Of a stretch of DNA of 64,000 nucleotides, positions 1-9,739 are shown piece after piece. The stretch is from Hemiscyllium ocellatum (taxonomy: Eukaryota), in assembly GCF_020745735.1 (NCBI RefSeq), contig NC_083404.1, forward strand, positions 37,385,731-37,449,730, read 5' to 3'. The translations under genes were made by a program, and so were the position numbers. How positions within the stretch are numbered: position 1 is the first letter of the stretch; every line of letters begins with the position of its first letter. The notes below the pieces were generated by a model that worked only from the letters and a program-made list of their open reading frames with translations, was not told where the DNA came from and ran no database searches.

Positions 1-84
1 TAACTCGGAAGCCATCAGTTCCAAACAGCTGGTCCCCAGCCGCCAGTGTCTACTCTAAATGTTCATCTTCGTTTGAATTCACTG

Positions 85-305
85 TATAAGTGAAGTCTCC
101 GTAGTCCTAGAGGGCTATAGGGCTTATTTCTTATTGAGAGACAGAGTTGACTGATGATGGTTTAACCTGAGGGTCACCGCGCCTCACGTTTGGGTGAAAA
201 GTTAAGTAGAGCCCTTCATAGTAACATCAGCTCGAGTAGGAACTGAATCCAAGCTGGGGGCGTCACTCTGCATTGTGAATCAACTGACGAGCCAATAGGC
301 CTAAC
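85..305 (-). mobile_element. Degenerate SINE-like repeat with a tRNA-like head
   Basis: Minus strand resembles a tRNA-derived head (...ggctcgtcagttgattcacaatgcagagtgacgcccccagcttggattcagttccc), recognised by eye. Confidence 0.35.
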
Positions 306-479
306 AAAGCCCTAGTAGGGAATAAAGGAAACGTTCCAACATTGCCACAATTTCAAATACTGTGCGCACTCACGCAGCTGCTTTACGCTGGGTTGCATCA
401 GAAGGTTCACTGAGGCCACATGGGGAAAAGTTATCATTCCCAATTTTCTTTGATATTGGAGGATGCTTTTGTTGTTTAC

Positions 480-1860
480 CTGTTCGAAATCCTGCAATTA
501 CACCAATAGATGACATTCCAATATTGACCGGATTCTGGAGAGGTTCCAGTCAATTAGAAAAATGCTAATACACTCCCTTCAAAGGACCAGTCTGTTTAAT
601 ATCTGACGTTGGAGCATTGTTAGAATTCATTATTAAGAATGTAGTAAGATGACATTTGTAAAGTCAAAATGCAATTCTGGAGAGTCGGGATGATGTACTG
701 AAGCGTAAATCATATTTCATTCATTTGCTAGAGTGCTTGAAGATGTCAAAAAAATGCATAATGGGGGTTCTGTAGATGTAACCTTTATAGGCTTCTAGAA
801 GGCATTTGATGAGGCGCGACAGGAAACCTTATGTAAGGTAAGATCACGTGGGGTTTGAGGCAATACACGAGGATGGATAAAGGGTAACCCACGAGAGAGC
901 AGAGTCCAAATAAATACGCCTTCTTCTGGTTGGCAAGATCTAACTAGTGTGGTGCCACAGGATCGACCTTCCGTCAAACCTTGTACAATCTTTGTCAAAG
1001 ACCTCGATACATCAATAGAATGGACTATGATCACATTTGTAGGTGATACCAGAATAAGCGGGAAAATAAGTTGCAATGAAGAAATAAGAAAAATATAAAT
1101 GGATGCAGGTATCTTTAGGAAATCAACCGAAATTCAGCACATGGGGCTAAACGTGGATAAATGTGAAGTTATTCATGTTGGTCAGAAGAATAAAAAGGCG
1201 ACTTATTTCCTAAATTGAGAAAAACATCAATATTCTTTAGTGGAGTGGGGTCTGAGAGCCCGGGTGCATGTGTATGTTCTATGTTCCAATAAGGAAGCAA
1301 GTAGCATTTTGGCATTTACTGCTAAAGGAATGGGGTAGAACAAAGATTGTTGTTGCAATTGTACAAAGCCATTGGTGAGACTACATCCACACAGTTTTGA
1401 CACCCTTACTTCAGGAAAGATTTAATTGCACGGGGGAGAGTTCAGAGGAGGTTCTCAAGATTAATTCCAGAGTCAAGAGGTTTGTTTTATAAGGATTGAT
1501 TGTGCAGTTGAGGCCTTTCTTCTCTAGACTTCAGAAAAACGAGAGAAGATCTAATTGAATTATAGTTTCAAACTAGTGGGGGGCGGGGGCAGATTTAAAA
1601 CAGAAATGAGGATGAATTGCTTTTCTCAAAGGCTGTAGGATTTAGTACCCCATAGTGTGTGAACGCCAGGGTACGAAGTCAATTTCTAAGTTGGAAGCAG
1701 GTAAATTTTGAATTAGTAATAGGTTAAAGAATTTTGGGGGTCGGACAGGAAAGTGGAGTCGAGGACGAGATGAGATTAATCATGGTAGTGTTAAATGGCC
1801 GAATATGCTCAAGGGTCCGAATTGCCTACACCTGCTCCTGATTATTCTGTTCTCATGTTC
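480..1860 (+). mobile_element. Old degenerate CR1-type LINE (RT region plus 3' end)
   Basis: Frameshifted RT motifs (aaggcatttgat, gtggtgccacagg, gtaggtgatacc) and a CR1-like 3' tail. Confidence 0.65.
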
Positions 1861-2091
1861 TATTGGATAGCCCGTGTGACGATGATTCTTAGAGGACAAC
1901 GATGCATTGACAATAAGCTTAACATCAACCAGCCATTCATGAACCACAGCTCACACCCAACCCCATCCGCTATGAGGTCATGTGAGCAACCTGTGGAAAA
2001 TAAATCGGTGCAGGCTTGGTGGGCCGAAGGGGAGGTTCCTGTGATGTAATTTGTTTGTTCTTTGTTCTAAAATGGAAATCAAAATGCGTTA

Positions 2092-2560
2092 TAGAGTCAT
2101 ACAGCACGGAAACAGACGCTTCGGTCCAACCAGTCCATGCCGACCATAATCCCAAGCTCAACTGGTCGCGCTTGCCTGCACTTAGCCCATATTTCTCCAA
2201 ACATGTTATTCATGTACCGATCTGAAGGTCGTTTAAACTTTGTAACTATACTCGCGTCCACTACTTCCTCTGGATGTTCATTCCACGCACTAACCACTCT
2301 CTGGTAAAATCCCTCATGTCTTATTTAAAATCTTTCCCCTGTCACCTCTAGTCTTCTAGTCCACCTAATCTTGAAACCAACCCCCGCCTACCCTAGGGAA
2401 AATACGTCTGCTATTCATCTTATCTATACTCCTCATGATTTTATAAAGCAGTATAAGTGCACCCCTCAACTTCCTGCCTCCAGTGAAAAACGTCCTAGTC
2501 TATCCAGCCTCTCCTTCTAACTCAAATCCTGCATTCCTGGCAGCATCCCGGTAACAGTCT
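2092..2560 (-). mobile_element. CR1-type LINE 3' fragment
   Basis: Same 3' end as the CR1 copies at 23666, 25925 and 40027. Confidence 0.8.
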
Positions 2561-2996
2561 TGATCCAGGAGTGAAAGGAATCTTGCCTTCAGCACAGAAT
2601 CCCACATGGTGACTGTAACCACAGTCTCCAGTGGCAGGGCCACACGTCTGACTAAACTCCAAAACCCAAGGAACAACAGTCTGTCTCAAACCCAAGAAGA
2701 GTGTTGTTGGGAAGTGTAAACATACCCGAATTTTATCTGGATACAGGAAAAACACGTGGGAATGTAACTCTCAGGTGATTTACACGCGGACGGTTTTTAA
2801 GAAGTCTGGAAGGCGCTCCTTCTTAAATATATACGTGAGAAACCAATGAGAATAACAGACCACTGATCGACCACGTTTTCTTTCTAATGGACGACTCTAC
2901 AAACAAAATTGAAAATTAGATATGATATCAATTGTTTCGTGGTGTCAGATGGTTTGATTGCATATAAGAAAGTTGGCTCTGCTTGCATTTGATTAC

Positions 2997-3199
2997 TGAC
3001 AGTGTGGAAACAGGCCCTTCGGCCCAACAAGTCCACATCGACCCGCCGAAGCGCAACCCACCCATACATTTACCCCTTACCTAACACTAGGGGCAATTTA
3101 GCATGGCCAATTCACCTTAGCCGCACATCTTTGGACTGTAGAAGGAACCCGGGTCTCTGTCGCTGTGAGGCAGCAGTGCTAACCACTGTGCCACCCTGC
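2997..3199 (-). mobile_element. HE1-like tRNA-derived SINE, internally deleted
   Basis: Head ...gtgaggcagcagtgctaaccactgtgccacc and tail gtggaaacaggcccttcggcccaac are shared with other copies in the window. Confidence 0.85.
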
Positions 3200-3434
3200 T
3201 GGGAATTGCGTCTCTCTCAAAACGGAGGAAATCAAGAATGGTTCGCGAAGTGTGCACATTACTTCACAAAGAGACGGCGTAAGGTCCTGTGGGAAATTCA
3301 GAGGAAGGATTTGAAAGGTCTGGTGTGGAGATAGGTTGGAATTCGTACCTGGAGCAAAGTTGCCACTGAAAATGCATGTAGGGTAGATCTGCTAAATTAT
3401 TTATTAATGAATAACGGTCTATGAACATCTATTA

Positions 3435-3626
3435 GGGTAAAAAAATGAGGTCTGCAGATGCTGGAGATCACAGTTGAAAATGTGTTTCTGGTTAAAGCAC
3501 AGCAGGTCAGGCAGCATCCAAGGAATAGGAAATTCGACGTTTCGGGCATAAGCCCTTCATCAGGAATGGCTATTCCTTGGATGCTGCCTGACCTGCTGTG
3601 CTTTAACCAGCAACACATTTTCAACT
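3435..3626 (-). mobile_element. Penelope-like pLTR-derived hairpin element with a minimal hammerhead ribozyme; 16-bp TSD
   Basis: 57-bp inverted arms (3472-3528 / 3570-3626, 1 mismatch); flanking direct repeat ctatgaacatctatta (3419-3434 / 3625-3640); hammerhead core in the loop. Confidence 0.8.
3532..3567 (-). ncRNA. Minimal hammerhead ribozyme motif (ATTC-CTGATGA-A-GGGC ttat GCCC-GAAA-CGTC-GAAT)
   Basis: Intact CUGAUGA and GAAA core, 4-bp stem I, 4-bp stem II, palindromic ACGU stem III, GUC cleavage triplet. Confidence 0.7.
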
Positions 3627-4134
3627 ATGAACATCTATTATATTGGTATTAAATTAAATTGGAATTTTCAGTGTTTCCTGCTGAGGAATTTGCACAAACT
3701 GATAAGGAAATATTGAGTACATCATTTTAACACGTTGAGAAAAAGAAGCTAAAATGAACCATTTGTCCGTTTTTAAATACATGACCAAAACCAAAATGAC
3801 GTGTGTGGCAAAGATTGTCCGATTCATCTACTGCGGGGGAAAAAAGCCAGGCGAACTAATTGAGCTTCAGTGGATGAAATAACTGAAAATGTTTCTTCAA
3901 GATGTATCACCCTAATAAGGCATCAGCGAAAGTGAAGCCGTGCACGTAACTGCTCTGTTCCTTATTTCCACATCAGTCCTTGCATTCAATACGCCAGTCA
4001 TACTTATCTCTACTTTTAATATTGAAATCGAAGTTAACCCTGAGTTTGATTTTGTGATTTGGTATTTTAATAACAAGGGCTCCACCTGTGGTCTGGAAAC
4101 TTATGCGACTGCGCTGAGTAGGAGGCAGCCTTGG

Positions 4135-4174
4135 GGTTTTTGCAATGGGCTTCTTTCCGTTGTTTCTCACTGTG
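4135..4174 (-). promoter_or_regulatory. Recombination signal sequence of V1 (CACAGTG - 24 nt - GCAAAAACC)
   Basis: Minus strand reads CACAGTG AGAAACAACGGAAAGAAGCCCATT GCAAAAACC, abutting the V coding end. Confidence 0.9.
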
Positions 4175-4924
4175 GGGATCCAATAGGCACAGTAATAGAT
4201 GGCAGCATCAGACGGTTCAATGTTATCAATTATAAGGAAGAATGAAGAAACACTTTTCTCAACTGAGAACTTAGAGGGGATTCCCGGATCCAGCAGAACG
4301 CCGCTTTTGCTGAAATAAATTATCCTTCGAGGCGCCTGGTTGGGCTGTTGTTGGTACCAGTGGATAGTTTCCGTGTGTGGTGTGACGCATCGTATTTTGA
4401 CTGTTGATGTCTTGGGCCTAGTGATCGATATTGGTAACTGTCTCAAGACCTCGGCAAAATGTTCACCTGCAAATAGAAAATATCGAAAAGTCACATAGCT
4501 GAGGAGACAGACAGAAATCACAAAGAAAGCGGATAGGAAGGAACAGTTCCCATTAACACAACGGCCAAACTGCAGAAGACACAATTTTATGATTATCGGT
4601 TAAAAAAAACGTGAGGGAAGACAAATTCCCACAGCAAGTGTTGAGAATGTCGACTGCATTGGCTGTGGGCAGGTTCCTTCTTGGCTTTTTGAAGGGAATA
4701 GTAGAAACTCGAGAAAAGGAAATAAATGCATGACTCTTGGAAAAGGCGGCTGGGGGCGGCGGGGGGATGAGTGGGTGTTGGAGCAAGCTGAGGATTTCTG
4801 GAGAGAGCCAACACAAAATGAACGGGCTGAGTGGCGTCCCTCTATAACTTGATGGTTCGAACGGCTCGGTGTCGCACTCACTGGGGAAAAGCATCAACAG
4901 AACAACCAGACAATGGAGCGACAT
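4175..4924 (-). CDS. TRGV: T-cell receptor gamma V segment (window V1, most 3'): leader exon 4882-4924, intron 4467-4881, V exon 4175-4466
   Basis: Leader MSLHCLVVLLMLFP ends in a phase-1 donor A|GTGAGT; acceptor tttgcag|GT. The spliced frame is open: S-EHFAEVLRQLPISITRPKTSTVKIRC...IHWYQQQPNQAPRRIIY...DAAIYYCAYWIP, with the conserved Cys/Trp/Cys and an RSS directly after. TRG rather than another locus is inferred from the CAxW end and HWYQ..RI(I/L)Y motif. Confidence 0.88.
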
Positions 4925-5059
4925 GGTGTAGCAATGATGATAAGGCTGCATTCACTGTGTTCAACCGGATAATTCAACAGGAAATGATTCGCATCCTGAA
5001 TATAGACAACGCAAAACAATACCGCCATTGTTGTCTTGATGCATTTTATCTGCCATTTC

Positions 5060-5500
5060 CCTCATTTTGTGTTCCCTGAAATGGCTGATGATAATCTAAT
5101 CTCTTCTTCCCTCACCCGCAGCCTATATTCCTTGACCCCTTTAACCACAAGAACCATACCTACATCCTCCTTGAAAACATTCAATCTTAGGCCTCAAACA
5201 CTTTCTGTAAAAAATGAATACCACAGATTCACCACTTTCTGACTCAAGCTGGTTCTCCTCATATCAGTCGAAAAGATCCTGACCTTGTCTTAATCTTTGT
5301 TATAACTCCTGGATCTGTACTTCCCGAAGCACCCTTCCTGTTGGGATTTTATAGGTTTCTATGACATACTCACCCATTCTTTCTAAATTCTACTCTCTGT
5401 TCATACGTCAGTCCTACCATTCCAGGAATCAATTCCGTAAACCTTCACTGCACGCTGGGATCTAAAGTACACACAATATTCAGGGTGTGTCCTCACCAAT
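5060..5500 (-). mobile_element. Degenerate CR1-type 3' fragment
   Basis: Decayed RT C-terminus (reverse YRALVRTHPEYCV) and 3' UTR. Confidence 0.55.
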
Positions 5501-6044
5501 GCCCTGTATAATTTCAAATCTTTATCCAGTTCGCTTCCGAAAGTCACTCCTGGATCTGTTTCCACCAGCTTTTCAGGCAGAACATCCCAGATCACAACTT
5601 ACTCCTAATAAAGCAGAAACGTTATTTTGTATCGCTGTTTACTCAGCCCAGGAGGCTGTAAGTGATTTCATGGGAAGTTACGTGTCGATGTCCCGTTTAC
5701 TCCTGCAATGGGACCAGAGCTGACGAACACAGTCAGGCACCCCCGCTCCACCCCGGGGTGACACTGCTCCAGCCGCTGGCGTGTCTGCCTACACTCTGAA
5801 ATTCGATGACTGTAGGAAGAAATCCGCAGTGTAACTCCACCCTCCGGCTCAGGGAGACCTTCACTGCAACTTCTACTCGACCAAAGCCCTTGAACTCCAC
5901 AGTGAGTCGGCTCTCGGTGCTTTCACTCCAAGATCAGGAACAAATTGACCAATACGGCCGCGACCTGATTGGTGTCACACCACTCGCCAATTCACGGATT
6001 CAGGCGCAAGAAGCTCAGCACAAATCTATGTGGTGTCATAGAGT

Positions 6045-6205
6045 CATGGAGTCATAGAGATGTACAGCATGGAAACAGGCCATTCGGTCCAACCCGTCCA
6101 TGCCGACCAGATATCCCAACCCAATCTAGTCCCACCTGCCAGCACCCGGCCCATATCCCTCCAAACCCTTCCTATTCATATAGCCATCCAAATGCCTTTT
6201 AATTG
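6045..6205 (-). mobile_element. CR1-type 3' terminal fragment about 65 bp beyond the V2 nonamer
   Basis: agagtcatagagatgtacagcatggaaacagg... terminus, as in the larger copies. Confidence 0.85.
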
Positions 6206-6270
6206 CCACTTTACCCAACTAGGGGAGGGGTGTGTGGGTTTCTCTGATAGCTTAGCTTCGAATGGTTCAG

Positions 6271-6309
6271 TGTTTTTGTACGAACATTGCATTGATGCCT
6301 CGCAGCGTG
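6271..6309 (-). promoter_or_regulatory. RSS of V2 (CACGCTG - 23 nt - ACAAAAACA)
   Basis: Heptamer at 6303-6309, spacer 6280-6302 (23 nt), nonamer at 6271-6279. Confidence 0.88.
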
Positions 6310-6749
6310 TATAACCCAGCAGGCACAGTAATAGGTGGCCGTGTCCTCTTCCTTCACTTTGCCGATTGTGAGGTAGAAATCGTTGTTGTTAGATTTCTCA
6401 GCATTGAACCGATCACCAAATCCAGAATCCCACGTTGTGCCTGATCCATAATAAAGGATTCGGGTGGGTGCCTGACCGGGTTTTTGCTGGTACCAGTGAA
6501 GGGGATCGCTGTCACTGATAGTTAATCCTCCGACTTCGCAGTTGAATCGAACGGTTTTACGCACATTTTTGGTCATGGATGGGACAGTCTGTTTCAATGT
6601 TTGTGCAAAATATCCGCCTAAGGAAAGAATAGACAGGGTTACAAATAACCGCTTGGTGGTTGCGAATGAACAACGATATCTGAATAATAGCGTCAGAAAC
6701 ACATACAGGGCAATGCGGTTACCACAATGAGCCAGTAATACAGCGACAT
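6310..6749 (-). CDS. TRGV: TRGV segment (window V2): leader exon 6707-6749, intron 6618-6706, V exon 6310-6617
   Basis: Leader MSLYYWLIVVTALP with donor T|GTATGT; acceptor ttccttag|GC. V exon reads GYFAQTLKQ...VRFNC...LHWYQQKPGQAPTRILYY...EEDTATYYCACWVI and is open throughout. Confidence 0.88.
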
Positions 6750-7999
6750 GTTCACTCGGTCTTCAACTGTTCTCTCAAGCAGCTGGATAGAAACTAAAAA
6801 GAAATGAATCGCTTCTTTCAAACCAATCAGTGAGACATTGGTCAGGGTTGAACCCCGCCCCCTGCCCTCCAGGTCGGTTATTTGCAATATAAACAGAAAA
6901 TGTTGGAAATACTCCAGCAGCAGCTGTGGAGAGAGAAACCGATCTAACGTTTCAGAAACCTGAGCTGGAAAACGCTGAGATGTCGACAGGGTTTTTAACC
7001 CAGAGAGAAGGCAGGGAAATAGGGAAGGGGGAGGTATCAACAAAAGGGAAATCTGTGACCGGGTGGAGGATGGGAGAGTTAGATATCTCAAGGGATAGTG
7101 GTGCAAGGGAAACAGTGATAGTAATGGGAAATGAACAGAAACAAAAGGTGGGTCCAGAGAATGTGGTACCAAGTAACAGCAGAATCATGAGGTTTAATTG
7201 GATCCTGAACTTCTGAGCATTTTAGGGGGTGGGAACTCCACTCCTCGGCGCTTTCTGAAATCATCCCTGAGTGACCCGGCTCTAATTTTAAGATTTTGTC
7301 CAATCTTACCGGACTCCTCCCCACCACAGAAATTTATTACTCTTTATATAACATCTCCCAAATCTTTCTCATTTCAAGTAGCTCAAATAGATTGGTTCAT
7401 GAACATCTAAGCTCAAGGGAATACAAGGCAGGATTATTGAAATTGTCTTCATTATTTAACTCTTTCGACAGAATGAATGAGACTTTGCCAGAATGTGCGT
7501 CATTTTCACGCTGTTGTGGTAGATTATTGCACGAAATCATATCAGGGCCAACTCTGGTTGAATCTATCCCAGAAAAGATTCCAAGGTCGCACTCCAACTC
7601 AACGAGGATTAATTGGATATTTATACGTTGCATGACATGTAGACAGTACATTACTTGAATTCAGTTTTCGGCAAGCACGTGCTTTGTACATTCCACCCCT
7701 GGTCTCCCCACTCCCATCTCCTGTCCGAAGCCTCTGTTTCATTCCCATCCTTGACTATACCCGCTTGCTTGGTTCCTGGTCATCCTCCCATTCCATTTTC
7801 AGACAAAGCCTCACGGTTAATGCTGGTTCAGCCACTTGCATTTTCACTGAAACTGCTGCATCTGAGCGTGTTAAGTTCTTTTAGCCCACTTTTTTTAAAA
7901 AATGAGGATATATGAAAACTGATCTTAACTGATTTATGAAGTTTCCTAATCTTATTCTAATCCGAGCCGGAATTCAATGTGAATTTACAGACTAGCTCA

Positions 8000-8225
8000 G
8001 GGGCGGTACGGTGGCTCACTGGTTCTGACAGCGACTGTATGGATGGAGTTTGAGACATTCTGCCCATGTCTGCGTCGGTTTCCTCCCACAATTCAAAGGT
8101 GCGCAGATTAGGTGAATTGGCCGTGCTAAATTGCCCATAGCGCCTGGTGCATCAGTCAAGGTAAAATGTAGGGGGGGATGACTCTGTGTGAGTTACTCTT
8201 CGAAGGGTCGGTGTGGATTTGCTCC
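8000..8225 (+). mobile_element. HE1-like SINE, degenerate
   Basis: ggggcggtacggtggctca head; central ggtttcctcccaca...aggtgaattggcc. Confidence 0.75.
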
Positions 8226-8406
8226 TCACAATTCAAAACAAAACGCCAGCCTCAGATTCCCATCCGCCGATTTTTATTTATATATACACTAGTATTAAAT
8301 TTTGTTTCATCATGGATTCCCCGAGACTATGTGGGAGGATTGCCTTCGTTAACGGCGCTTTATAAGTGGGAGTTGATGAGTGTGTGGTGGCTGAGTGAGG
8401 AGCGAG

Positions 8407-8445
8407 CGTTTTTGTCAAGCATTTCTGTCTCTGTTGAACACTGTG
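8407..8445 (-). promoter_or_regulatory. RSS of V3 (CACAGTG - 23 nt - ACAAAAACG), closest to consensus
   Basis: Heptamer at 8439-8445, spacer 8416-8438 (23 nt), nonamer at 8407-8415. Confidence 0.92.
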
Positions 8446-8850
8446 CTATCCCAATGGGCGCAGTAATAAATGGCAGAGTCTTCCTTCACGATGTCATTAA
8501 TTATCAAAGTGCACAAAGCGTCCTCCTTATCCGCTTTAAACCTGTTGCCGAATTCTGGATCCCGAATGACGCTGCTGTCATAGTAAAGTATTCTGGAGGG
8601 CGCCTGACCCTCTCGGTGCTGGTACCAATGGACTACAGTGTCCTTGCTGTCTACGGTACACTTAAATCTGACACTTTTACTGAGCTTGGTTACAGATGAT
8701 ATTGGTGCCTGTGTTAAAGACCCAGCCAAATCCCCATCTGGAAAAAAAGAATATTATATTGAAAACGATTATGAATGTTAGACTGACGCAACAGCTAAAT
8801 AAACACAAGTACCTACAGGATAAAACCAGCGTCGCAATCACCCAGAACAT
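8446..8850 (-). CDS. TRGV: TRGV segment (window V3): leader exon 8817-8850, intron 8738-8816, V exon 8446-8737
   Basis: Leader MFWVIATLVLS with donor T|GTAGGT; acceptor ttttccag|AT. V exon reads Y-GDLAGSLTQAPISS...VRFKC...VVHWYQHREGQAPSRILYY...EDSAIYYCAHWDS. Confidence 0.88.
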
Positions 8851-9204
8851 TGTGCAGTGACCGGCTCGCTCTGTAGTGGGTTACTGCTGCTCAGGGTTAT
8901 GTTTATAAAGGAAGTGAAGTCTCTTCCGTTTCCCTCCCCAAAACAGCTGGAATTTCCTCTCTTGCTGTACAAATTGAAGGCGCCCGATTTAATGCCTCTT
9001 TATAAAATGTGAGACCTTCTTCCTTTTCGTCTGTTTAATCGTTTCTCATTTGTTTCCTCTGGGTTCACAGACCCGAGAAGTGTTAATTCAAGATTCAGTT
9101 CAGGGATTGAAACTTTTAAAGTTGATCCGAATTAACCTGCTCGCTTGCCCCAGGCTCGGAGGTGTGTGCAGGCAGACTCGGGAGGGTCGGAAATGAGTGG
9201 AGTG

Positions 9205-9590
9205 GGCGGTGTAGACGGGTGGGGAAAGCAGAAACATAAGACCAGAAGACTTGGAGTGGAAGTAAGGCCATTCGGCCCATCGAGTCCACTCCGCCATTCA
9301 ATCGTGGCTGATGCCCATTTCAATCTCTGTCTTGAAGACATTTGGCGTCCCGGCCTCCACTGCACTCTGCGGCAATGAATTCCACAGGCCCACCACTCTC
9401 TGGCTGAAGAAATGTCTCCGCATTTCTGTTCTGAATTGATCCCCTCTAATTCTAAGGCTGTGTCCACGGGTCCTAGTCTCCTAGCCTAATGGAAAGAATT
9501 TCCTAGCGTCCGCCCTTTCCAAGCCATGTATTATCTTGTAAGTTTCTATTAAATCTCCCCTTAATCTTCTAAACTCCAATGAATACAATC
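9205..9590 (-). mobile_element. CR1-type 3' fragment (second subfamily)
   Basis: Shares its terminus with the copy at 15265; RT C-terminus LYSLEFRRLRGDLIETYKI. Confidence 0.8.
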
Positions 9591-9739
9591 CCACAACAGT
9601 GGCAAGACGATCATACTTAACAATGAGTTCGATCCACATGCTCGAAGTTAGCTGTGCTGATCCCGATAAGAAATCTACGGCGAACATCCCAGATCTACAG
9701 TTGGAGTCCAAGTGGTTATCTTATTGGATTTACTAGACT

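Noticed and set aside
1-4100. TRG J segments downstream of V1
   Set aside because: No FGxGT-type frame with a splice donor and 12-RSS was found; ggtttttaa at ~2792 has no heptamer at 12 or 23 nt.
5898-5904. Perfect CACAGTG on the + strand as a possible orphan RSS
   Set aside because: No nonamer at a 12- or 23-nt spacing.
6301-6330. Extra Cys in V2 (CACW) and V3 (ALCTL) as novel disulfides
   Set aside because: CACW ends and an FR3 Cys occur in other TRGV genes, so they are not distinctive without structural data.
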